A DNA stretch of 64,000 bases, taken from assembly GCA_028534125.1 (NCBI GenBank), contig CM052832.1, positions 23,376,001 through 23,440,000 of the forward strand, read 5' to 3'. The notes below the pieces were generated by a model. That model was given only the letters and a program-made list of their open reading frames with translations. It made no database searches and was not told the origin of the DNA. Below, piece after piece: positions 14,201-26,737 of the stretch; position 1 is the first letter of the stretch; each line of letters starts with the position of its first letter. This stretch comes from Lama glama. Lineage: Eukaryota. Both the position numbers and the translations under genes were made by a program.

Positions 14201-17200
14201 AAGCCCCAGACTTTAACGACCTATTTCCAGGGAAACTCAGGGAAGGAGGTCTTGATAAGGTGGGGTTCTCTCAGGAAGTAAGAGTTTATCTTAACTGGGA
14301 ACAAAGCTATGCAAGTTCTGTATCTTCATGTTTTGTTTCTGCTTAGTTGAGAAACTTTTATTGTTGGAGATACTGGAAAAGTAGCCCCTGTACATGTAAA
14401 GACAGGGAGAGGCTTCCTTCCCCTTCTGGCCACCGCATTAAAGTCAAGTTCTTGTAACATCTCACCTCAATGAGGGGACCTGTAATAGACTGACTATTGG
14501 CTCACTCCTCTCCCAAACATTCCAATTATTCCATTATGGCCTTTTGCCATGCCAACCTTCTGTCTCAATACTTTAATTGCTGCTTCTCCATTGCCTATGT
14601 AATAAATTCCAAAATCCATAGCCAGATAGTGTTAGCACATTTCAAGCCCTTCCAAAGACAGCATCCACGACCTGCCCACTTACAGGCTCTGCAGAGCTGC
14701 TGCTCAACCTTTTCCTGGTAGAAGTCACCCCTGCGAAGCCCGCTCCTACCTCTCCCCTCACTGGACTGCCCTCCCCCTGCTGCCCAGAGCCGTCCATCCT
14801 TCACAGACCAGCATCGCCTGGCCACTACCAGCCTCAGGAATCGCTCCTTTGTTATCACACACCCAGCACTTATCTACCCCATTCAGCTGGACTTTCATCT
14901 ACACAGACGCAGCCCTGAGATACCATTCTAATGATTGTCTTAGATTCTTTTTTTGGAGGCGGGGAGGAGGCTCATGCCTGACAAATCATAAAAATCTTAG
15001 CGTGACAGGTTACTTCTTAATAACCTTCCCAGGGCGACCACCATCCAACATGCGCCCTGCAGACTCAAAGCATGTGCTTGAACAGAAACAGAACCGAGTA
15101 TCAGTTATTTTTTTTTTTGACAGCTCAAGGCTCTCATTAAAATGTTCCATCCTATGCTAGACTGTAGTAAGGGCACGTCCATGGCACCTCCGGACCTGTG
15201 CCAGGCTTCTGCCCCGACACTGCTGGGTTCTCGTGCACTTTCAGCACGTTCCTGCAGCTATCCCATTCCTGCCCCCTGCTGTGGAGTCTGTTTCCCTTTA
15301 GGCTTGGTAGAGGCTTGGGAAGAACCAAGATTGCTAAGACAGTATATAAAATTAAAGCATAAACAGAATGAGAAAAGCCTTAATGTGATTTCTTTAATAA
15401 TAGTATTTATTGTATTAATATTAATTTATTATATTAATATTAAATAATAATATTTAAAAGCTTTGGCACACTTGCTTTGTGAAATTCACACTAGTTTCTT
15501 AGTGTTTATATTTTGGTCTTTTCAGCTAAATGCTAATAAGATGAGCTGTCAGACAGCTGACATACTGCGAGGTGGGCTCTAGCTGTAAATTCATATAGAG
15601 ATATGTGCACTATTATTAAAGCCTTTCAAAAAATATATTAATAAGATGAAACAACTACTTACACAGTAAGTGTTGCTGATTCTCCCTTAATAACTTGTTT
15701 TAAGTAAGGCCAAGACAAAGCAGTATTATAATTTTCATAATATAAAAAATATATAATTTTTATTTGGTGACCCTAAAAGAAGCGTAAGAAAAACCCCACC
15801 CAGGGACTCCCACACGTGTGCAAAAACACTAACCAAATTCTGAGAGCACCCTGCACATTGGTCTAGTCACTGTCCTCAGCTCCAGAAAATTTGACAACTC
15901 GCCATTTGGTCTGGACATGACCACATTTGGTTAAATGATCCCTGTTGACCCCAGTAAGTTTCTAAAAATGTTCTGTTATGGTTTGTCAATTAACACCTAC
16001 TAAGGGCCATTAGAATGCGGGTTGGTCTCAGAGGTGGAGGGTTGAGGTCGAAGAGGGGTTGGGGAGGGAGGGGGGGGGTGGTGGATAAGAAGAAGAGACA
16101 GACAGTCCCTGCTGCTAAGTTTGCCCCAAACAGAGATGGTGTATATACGAGGATGAAGAATTGAGAACCTTGCACAGAAACATGCAGTTGAAGCAAATTA
16201 ATATCCTGCCAACCCGGAGGTGGGTGGGTATAGCTCAGTGGTAGTGCACGTGCTTAGCATGCAAGAGGTCCTGGGTTCAATCCCCAGTACCTCCATAAAA
16301 AATAATAGTGATAAAATAAAATAAACATAATGACCTTCTCTCCCCAACCCCGCTACAAAAATCCTGCCCACTGAGCTCAGATGGTCATACTTTAAGAAAC
16401 CCTGACATGCTTCCAAGAGCTACAACTGAATACATTCAGGTTATAAAAATCACAGGGTAAGTAAATATCAATTTAAGAAGCAACATAACGTGTAAGATCT
16501 AAGCTGGCACTCTTATGGAAAAGAGCTATTACAGTCGTATCTTCTAAAGGACTGTGGTTAATACTGTCTATTTAGTACCAAAGCCTAAAAATTTTGAATT
16601 AAAATTCCTAAATTATAGTATACATTCTTGTATGCTTAAACAAAATATACTTTAAAAAAATAAATTTTAACCAACTGTTCAGGAAAAAAAAGAGAAATGC
16701 TGGCATACAGAAACTCTTATTTAGAAAAGTCACTGTATGGTGGCTAGTTATTCACCTAGAGCTTACCACATGTTTCCTTAAAAGTAAGTTCCCTCTGGGA
16801 CTTTTTAAAGCACTGGCTGTTGTGTAAAGTAAGATGTGTGTGAGCACGCACACGCATCTCAAGTTCCCGTGAGGAAGGTCCGCTCCCCTTCGTGGACCGG
16901 TCAGTCCAAGAGGATTGCTCCCAAGGACTATTCTAAATTGCATCCATCCCACCTCGTGGTTGAATGCCGCTACCGCTAATCAAGCTTAGGTTAGAATGAG
17001 ACTCAGACGGAAAAATCAGAACCATTCTCCCCATACCTCCTAAAGGGACATCTTGGAGCTGAGTCTTATCCTTCCTCCACTCAGAGACCACATCCAAGAG
17101 AGCATTAAAATGAAAATCCATGCGCTTGTCAATAGTGGGGTCAGTTATTCTTCCACCTTCCTGAATTAAGTCACATCTTTCTCCAAATTTATGCATGCTG

Positions 17201-20200
17201 ATGCCAAGCTTCAAAATAATAAGAATAAGAAGGTGAAAAATGTTTCCCTGGAAAAAACAGGCACAGGTTCTAAGCGGAAATTAGACAGAGCTCTCATGGA
17301 GAAAAGGGTCGAGTACCTCTCAAAAATAAATGTTGACGGTGCTGGGGGAGGGGACGGCAGCAAAGTCGGGCAGTGAAAAAACAGCTTGGAATCTAAGACT
17401 GGGAGGGGACAGCGACAGCTTCTACGCCACGCACACTACAGCTTTCCAGCCAATACTTAGGATGTTTCAGAGGCCACCGCTGGGCACTGCCTCTCCCTGC
17501 TCTGACATTTCTATCTCCTCTACTAAATCTCACGGAAAAGAACACACAAACACACAAACACTCAAAGAAGTTGAAATTCAACTGACTGTCAATATATAGT
17601 TCAGAATAAACCTTGGGCCTACCCCAGGTCTTCAGAGAATCTATATAGGGTTGCCTGAGGCAAGACAGGAAGCCCAATTAAATTTGATTCTCAGATAAAT
17701 AATAAATACTTTTTTTTAGTATATGTCCCAAATACTGCATGCAAAATATCCCGTGCAATATTTGGGACGTTACTTACACTAAAAAATTATTGTTTATTTG
17801 AAAGTCAAATTTAACTGAGAAGTCTTGTATTTTTGTTTGCTTAATCTGGCAACCCTAAAACAATGAGCTCACTGAGTACCCTGCAAATAATGCACGAATA
17901 TAACTGAAGACCTTAAGAGGGGAGAAATCTTTTCAGTTCCCAGTTCCACCTTCCAAGAAAGGAAGAACTATACTTGTTTTATTTCCTTTTCAGAGGGAAC
18001 AAGAAATCATTTGGGATTGTTCTATATTATCTAAGCATATTAATACTACACACTAGCAAACTGAGACAATTTTTTTCTGTTCTTTACAACACAAATCTTA
18101 ATTTGAAACCCACTTGTTCACACATTAGTGCCACTGGGTTGTTAATACAGCCGTTGACAATCTGGGCACCTCGTCCCACTGTGACGCCTTTGAAAGACTT
18201 ATCATCCCACACTCGGCCTCCAATTCTGTCTTTGGCCTCCAGGACAGTCACCTAGAAAGACAATCAGGGAAGCTGAACAGGATGGAAGAGTCACATCAAA
18301 CACAGAATTATAAATGCAGAATGACACACTTACGTGAGTTTTGTATCTGGTTAANNNNNNNNNNNNNNNNNNNNNNNNNNNNNNNNNNNNNNNNNNNNNN
18401 NNNNNNNNNNNNNNNNNNNNNNNNNNNNNNNNNNNNNNNNNNNNNNNNNNNNNNNNNNNNNNNNNNNNNNNNNNNNNNNNNNNNNNNNNNNNNNNNNNNN
18501 NNNNNNNNNNNNNNNNNNNNNNNNNNNNNNNNNNNNNNNNNNNNNNNNNNNNNNNNNNNNNNNNNNNNNNNNNNNNNNNNNNNNNNNNNNNNNNNNNNNN
18601 NNNNNNNNNNNNNNNNNNNNNNNNNNNNNNNNNNNNNNNNNNNNNNNNNNNNNNNNNNNNNNNNNNNNNNNNNNNNNNNNNNNNNNNNNNNNNNNNNNNN
18701 NNNNNNNNNNNNNNNNNNNNNNNNNNNNNNNNNNNNNNNNNNNNNNNNNNNNNNNNNNNNNNNNNNNNNNNNNNNNNNNNNNNNNNNNNNNNNNNNNNNN
18801 NNNNNNNNNNNNNNNNNNNNNNNNNNNNNNNNNNNNNNNNNNNNNNNNNNNNNNCGATTTCAAATTCTGTACCTTTGCTAGAACCGACTGTGAAGACATA
18901 AAGATATAATGTATGAGCCTTCTTCACTGAAATCGGGAACTAGTTTCTAAGCCTTAGAAAATCTGGACCAAAGAAGCAGTCAGCCATCTGTTTCGGCCTC
19001 CATGTCCCCCACATCATACCTTAATTCCAAAGTTATGCAGTTGCCTAGCAGCTGCTAATCCTGCTGGACCAGCCCCAACAATGATGACTGATTTCTTTAA
19101 AAAAAAAAAGAAAAAGAAAAAAGAAAAGGAACAAAAATCCAATTAGAGCAATGAAACAACGTACTGCTTTAGTTGCTGCAGGAGGTACTAAGTGCCAAGT
19201 AACGCTGGTTCATCTGTATTTCTCTGACGTCTGTACGGAGTTATTTTCCTAAAGAACACGTTAGCATTTGTCCTACCCTTCCTCCTCTCTGCCATCTAGG
19301 GGAACAACGCTTGATATTCTCTTTCCTGGAGAAAAACATATTCTACAAAAGTCCTGCTTCCTAACTTCTGGGGTGCTAACGTGCATTTTACTTGTATTAT
19401 TAACATTAATGTGCCAGCATCTGTCATGACCGATGGTGGCATTATTGCTGGGGTTACCGTCACCTACATTGTGGTAATCTTTAGGAAGAAGAGGCTGGTC
19501 GGTGCCGACACTGAGAACTCCTGTGTTGATGAGACCTTTCCTTGTCATAAAATACAGTATCCTCTCCACCTCCTGAACGCATCGAATACGCACCAGACCC
19601 CGGACGATGATGTGCGGGATACACTTCTGAGGAGTAAGAGCTTCCTGTGTTTGGAAATAAAACCAAACTGTTAACAAACCAAAAACAACGCCTGGTTCCT
19701 CAAAAAGCTAAACACAGAATTACCATATAACCCAGCAACTCCATGCCCATGTATTTACTGGAAAGAACTGAAAACACAGGTTCAAAAAAATTCACAGCAG
19801 CACTGTTCAAACTGCCAAAAGGTAGAAATCATCCAAGTGTCCATCGGTGGATGAATGGATAAACGAAAGGGAGTCTATCAATCCGTGGACTATTATCTGG
19901 CCATAAAAAGAAACAAAGTACTAACACAGGCTATGACAGGGATGAACCTTAAAAACACTATGCTAAGTGACGAAGGCAGTTACAGAAGGTCACACACTGT
20001 ATGATTCCATTTACATGAAATACCCAGAATAAGCAAATCTTACGGAGACAGAAAGGACTAGCGGTTGCCAGAAACTGGGTGGGGGAAGGGAGGTATGGAG
20101 AGTCACTGCTTAATGGGTGTGGGGTTTCCTCTTGGGGTAATGAAAAAGGTCTGGAACGAGATAGAACCGATGGTTATACAGCACTGTATATGTCCTTAAT

Positions 20201-23200
20201 TCCACCAAACTGTGAAATTATGGGGAAAATGGTAAATTTTATGTTGTGTGTATTTTACCCCAAGTCAAAAAAAAAAAACAAAAAACAAAAACCTTTCCAG
20301 GTAATTGTAATCTACCATTTATCACTAAGATATAGTAAGACCAAGGGGAGGTCTGCCTGGTGAAGGAAAAAAAGAAAGAGACAAATGAAGCATAAGGCAA
20401 TTTGTATTTTATCACATAAGTTTCCCTTCACAGAGAATGACTGATATGGGGAGGATGGGGGCAGACCACACCACAGATATATTCCTGACTCAATCAACTA
20501 CACGACAAAAGCCAGGACACACACCCAGGCTGCTGCCCTGGCAGCAGAAAACACTGGGTTCTCATCCCTGATAAGACATGGCAGGGATGGACTTCGGAAC
20601 TTGTTTAAAACAAACAAACAAAAAAAGACACCACCTTTCTCTGTTTACAACAGCAGCTTTGGCCAGGCCTTGGTCCATTTCAGATTCAAGAGTAATCTGG
20701 CCTTGGTCCAGTGTCATAAAGTTAGAAAAGGCTCAGGCCAGGGGCCGGGGGAGCGGTGGCGCCCAATTCTGGCCTCTCCTCTACTTGTTCCCAACCCAGC
20801 TCCAACAGAACCTGATCAAACACGGGAAGATGACTATATACTCAAAATACTACAGAAATAACATGCATGACACTGACCTGGGTTGCTGCGGAAGATTAAG
20901 AAATGTGTGTGTACTCATGACGTTAAAAAAAAAAAATCATTTCAAAGTCTTCGACTCCACTAAAGCAACCATATATGAGTTTTCCCACTAGAGTATTAGA
21001 TACAATATGTCCTATCTTCTTATTACAAATTAAAGTAGACCCACACTCCTCAGTTCAGGATTTTTTCTGTAAGAGTCTTCCCCTGTATAAGTCAAATTTC
21101 AAGGTCAACGAAAAAGAAATGTGAAGAAAAATGAACCCCAGGCTGTTTCTGAAGGATCTGTCTTCACAACTTATTCACAGGAAATTCTGACCACAACTTT
21201 CTTCAGTTCAGCAAATGTTTATTGAGTACCTACCTTGAGCCTGCTGGGGAGGAAATGAGTAACTCTACCTTGCCCAACCCACTCACCTGGGCGTAATTCA
21301 CATAAACTGCATTTGCAGCCGTAACTTAATCAGGTCATCTCAGACTGGAGTCTAACTCAGGGAAATACCAGGGTGGAACTGGAATATCGTTCCTTAATCA
21401 AGATTACTTTGGCAGTCTTGCAAAACGTTCTGCATTCAGCAGTCACTCAAATAATTGTAGAAGAAATTAATAAATCAGAAAAATACAAGAGTCAGGAAAG
21501 TCTTTGTTTAAAAAAAAAAAAGCTTGTATTCCCACCCTGCCCACCCCCCAATTTATCTTCATCCCTTTCAAGGTGGTCACTGTGGGAGCCCCCTACCATT
21601 TATTCAGTCCCAGCAGAGAGCAAGTCACTGGCCTCAGATGTTTGAGGATAACAAGGTAAGAATTCCTGCCTTCAAGGGGTTTCTAATCCAGTCTTTAATG
21701 TTTTAGTCTTTTTTTTCCTGGCATTGCCCTTGGAAATCCTTGAACCAAACCCTGCACCTTATACTCGGTCACTAGAGAGTCAAGAATTCTGATGACGTAT
21801 GGTCTAAAGTGGTTCTCAACTCAAGTTGAAAAAGAATATGAAAATGAATACATGTATATTCATGTATGACTGAAGAATTGTGCTGTACACCAGAAACTGA
21901 CACAACACTATAAACTGACTATAATTCAATAAAAAATAAATAAATAAAGTGGTTCTCAAGAAGGGGAGACTTTGTCCCATCTGGTAATATCTGGAGTCAC
22001 TTTTTGGTTGTTACAACTGGGGTGGGAGGCAGGGTGTGCTACTAGCATCTAGTGCAGAGGCCAAGGACGCTGCTTAAACATCCTACAAAGCACAGGACTG
22101 TCCCCCCCACAGAGAACATCCACCCAGTGCCAGCAATGCCGAGGTGGAGACACCCAGATCTAAAGGTTCCGTCCACAGATAAAGCATCTCGTCTCTTCAC
22201 CGGAAGTCGGTGTCCCCGTGCTGTAGGCCAACAGGCCCCGCACTCACCTTGCAGTTGGTATACCAGAGGGCAAGGATCAGGTTCCTCAGAGCCAGGTACA
22301 TGGTGGGGTCTCGGGAATACTCTGGGAACTCATAGAGCTCGTCCAGCTCCATCACGTCGGGCCTCACGCACAAGGCCTTGCCGCACTCGTTGGGCTGGTA
22401 GAACGGCTGGAAGTAGCGGTTCATGCCTGGAACTGAGAGAAGACGCAAGCGGGCAAATTCCACAAGCTGTAACTTCCAAATCTGGGTAAACTGAAGAGCA
22501 AAAACAAGCCAAAAAGGAGAGCCGAGACTCCCCAGTCTGGCCTATGTAATAATTTCCACTTCTTCTGCCTAGTTAGACAAAATAGGCATGAATTTAACAA
22601 TTTTTTCTCCATTCTTTCTTCACAAATTTAATTTCTGGGGCATGGAATTTTTTTAAGTTTTAATTGTAGGGGAAAAAATAAAATCCATACCATAAAATTT
22701 TCCTTCTTAATTATGTTTAAGTGTTACTGCTCAGTAGTGTTCAGTATATTCACACCGTTTTGCAACAGATCTACAGAACGTCTTCATCTTGCAAGGCTAA
22801 AATTCCATACCCAGCTGAATGCCAACTCCTCAAAGAAATATATCTTAAAAGTAACTTTCATAGGGATTTTTCCGATCAAAAACTTATTAGGTTCACAGAA
22901 GTAACAGTCACTAACCCCTAACAATCCTTAAGTGGCGTCAACATTTAGGAGTATAGTCTATCCTTAGCTTTGTTTCTATGAATAGAAAATATTAACATAA
23001 CGGCTATTTGTTTTCACAAAGCCAGAAGAATGCAATAAAAAGGCTGTTTTTCCTACCTGCTTTTTAAGAACACTGTCCCATGTCATTAAATATGACTTCA
23101 ATGGACATATATCATCTTATTATTTACTTATTATTTAACCTCTCCCCTATTACTGGGCATTTAAAATTCATTCAATTATTTCACTACTGTAAACAATGCC

Positions 23201-26200
23201 ACATAAATCCTTGGATTGACTTTTGATAATCTTTGATCATTTATTTAAGATAAATTCCTAGGGTCAAAGAACATTTATTTTAAGGTTTTTCATTCATACT
23301 GCCAAATTGTCCTTCATAAATGTACACCCACTAACAGTATCTGAGTGCCTGTTTCATTCTACCTTCGTTAACAGTGGGATTTATCACTTCAGCTTTGACT
23401 CAACCACATCTACATTTTTAGAGGGCCCAGTATTATTAGTTAAAAATCTTACGATAGGGCCACAATGTCAAAATCAATTTGCACCATCAAAAAAATCAAG
23501 TTTATCAGTGTGCAAGAGAAGATCTAGAATTCTTGCCTGCACACCAAGAATTCTGATGTAGAATGTTTAAATGTCACTTTAAAGTAAATGGTCATCAGTC
23601 TGCCTGCCCTGAAGTTTAAAGTTTTTTCAAGAGCAGATCACTTTGCTGAGATAATCAATGGCATAATTAGAAGTAGAGAGACTCAGAGAGAAAAAAGAAG
23701 GGCAGCTCAGTCAAAACTTTCTTCCGGTCTGTCAGAGTGAGTGGGCGTTACCATCAAATCATGCAGCCATCCAACTTTCAAATAAATGCTCATTCAGCTC
23801 CGTCAATGCGATCCCTGGACAAGTGTTACAGGCTCTTCCAGGGACTGAGGGAAAAATTAACTGCATATATACAAATGATATGAGTGATCACAGGCTAACC
23901 AAATCCATGAAATAATGAGGCGCTTTGTATCATGCTGCACACATTTGGGGAAGAAATAAAAACATCTTTTGCATCCTGTTCATACACATTTCCTGGGAAA
24001 GAGAGGGAGGGGAAGCAGGGGGTGCCAGGGCCAGCTCTCACCCAGTACAGAGGGGACGGCCTTGGCGTGCTCCAGCTTCCCGGGGCTGGCGTCGCTGGCC
24101 ACGCGGTGCGTGCTGGTGCAGGAGGGGCTCATGCCAACGCAGTCGGGGTAGTAGGCAGAGAGCAGGGGTGCTGCTACGCTGTCTTTCATCAAAGGAGGTA
24201 GGATGAGCATGGAGTACCACCAGTGGTTGGAAACTTCCGACACTCTCTGAAACGGGGCAGAGCGAGACAAAGAGGGACAGAGGCAGACAAGAAATGTACA
24301 CGCAGAGTCAGCCGAGGATAGACGGTTCCTGTCACGTCATTCATCCTTAACCCTTCTGCTCTGCCTCTGCCCGCTCTGCAGTCCTAGACCAGAGTTCTGC
24401 ACAGGCAGATTTAGAAACAAAAACAGCTGATGAGACCTGCAGAGAATGTTTCCCAGGCCAAGTTCTTTCAGATCTGCGGTAACAGCCCCCTCCCTCAAGA
24501 ATCCCACCAACACCAGGTAAGTCTCAAAGCTGCACCCACTGACTATACAGTGTTTACGTCTAACATGAGAAATTTCTTTCTGTATAGTAATCACATATCT
24601 TCTACTCTCTACTTTTTACTTAGGATCCAAAGATAACTGAAATTGCAAAATTCAGCAGAACATAATAATTCTCCATGGTAAGAGTCACACATTACTGTTT
24701 TTTACAAGAGGCTACTAAAACTCTTTCAGAGGAAAAAGTACACTACGACCATCAAATCAACTACACCTCAGTAAAAAAAGAAAAGAAAAGAAAAATAAGA
24801 TGCTCCATGGAGAACTGAACCAAAAAAGCTGTTTTCAGTCTGAAAATATGTGATCTCATTCTAGAGTTGATCTAACATATGGAGTCATTGGATCAAAGCA
24901 GCCCCATGATGACTAACTACTGTGAAAAATAAAATTACCTGGCTTCTAAAGCAACACTGCCACCAATCCTGTATTAGACAGCCTTTTTTAAAACGTGATC
25001 TCACTCCAGGAATTTGAAGTATCTGACAGAGGAGAACCTTGAGCTTAGGGACCCTCTGATGTTAGTTCTCCAGGCTCCAAGCAAATGCCACTTGCCATCA
25101 AGTAGGGGTTTACAAACTCAAGATGCATTTTGTTGCCCTTCTGAGAGAGAGAGCCCAAATCTGGGGCAAGCATTTTTCAGCTCACTACAAGCCCCAGCAT
25201 ACCCTATGAATTACTCCCAACTGCTTCCCATATTCATTTTACCTGCCCAGCCCCTGAAGGCTTTTCAGTTTGCAACCTTTGTTCTCAAGGTTTGTTTTCC
25301 GTGTGGCTGCCTTTGACCAGCCTGTGCTGGACCAAAAAGAAGGGAAGCTTCAGTTCCTTCTCCGACACACCGGGGGTGTCTCTAGGGACCCCTTCCCGGC
25401 TCAGCCCCGAAGAACGGAGTAAAACTGAGTGTTCAGGTCCTGACACTCGAAACGGACCACACAGAGGCAGGATGCAGGTGCCTTAAAAACACAAACCCAA
25501 GCGTTTCCCACTCTCTTCCACTCTCTGGATCTTGCAGCTGTGCTAGAAAACTGAGTGAGGACCCAAGAGAGGCCCCTGCCATCCAGCTACCTCCCCTCAG
25601 GCTTTCTTTCCCCTAGAAGCCCACCTGAGGGCGCACTAGCCAACCTCTGCCTTAGAGCACGAGAAATGCTAACAGTGACTGACAATCTAGCACTTGGTCT
25701 TGCTGTTTGAGTGTGTGATCTCAGCATACCCGCCGTTCCAGGACACCTGGCCATCACTTTGTTCCTATGCCATCAGAAGTCCCACTGTCACCTTTAGAAC
25801 ACATACCACTGAAGAAACTGGGCTTGACACAGTCAACCTATTAGCATATTTAATGAAATGCCCACTACACTAGGTTAAAATGCATTCCCTCCAAACTCAC
25901 ATCCACCCTGAACTTCAGAATGTGACCTTATTTGGAAACAAGGTCTTTGCAGATGTAATTAGTCATACTAGAGGAGAGGGAGCCCTACATTCACCCGGAC
26001 TGTGTCCTTATAAGAAGAGAAGAGACACAGAGAAGGGGAGACACAGGAAGAGGGTCAGGTGATGACGGAACAGAGACAGGAGTGATGGGGAGTGGTGCGT
26101 CTACAAGCCAAGGAACATTGGGGAATGCTGGCAATGCCAGAAGCTGGGAGAGGCCAGGAAGACTCCTCCCCCAGACCCTGCAGGGGGAGCACAGCCCTGA

Positions 26201-26696
26201 AGACATCTTGATTTCAGACTTAAGGCCTCTTGAACTATGGGACAATAAATTTCCGTTGCTTTAAGCCACCCAGTTTGTGGCAATTTGTTAGGGCAGCCCT
26301 AGGAAACTAACATGGGCACTTAAAATGTAGAAACTGCTTGAAAAGTGACCCTAGAATTCACACGCATAGAAGAAGGTAAGGTGATACAGCCCTCAACCTG
26401 CTCCTGTCTCTTTCTTAACTGAACACAAAAATAACTGGCAGATGAACATCCAGGACTCATTCAAACTTTTTGAAGTTCTCATATCCCGAGAATTCAACCT
26501 TTGTCCTCAAGTTCAGATTCCTTGAGTGGAAAATGGTCTGAATATTAGGGGAAAGATTCATAAGGCATTTGTAATGGTATTTAAAGTTATGTTTTCCTTC
26601 CTACGATCTCATCCTGTCTATCCTAAATCCAGAAAGTATTTGGGCCACTGCTTTACTATGGAAATGTCCGAGGGTACAAGCAATTAGTTTTTTTTT

Positions 26697-26737
<41 letters not shown>

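Noticed and set aside
18202..18927. Long ORFs of 180-240 aa here, at 34309-35007, and shorter ones at 57729-58065
   Set aside because: They are open only because they run through N gaps.
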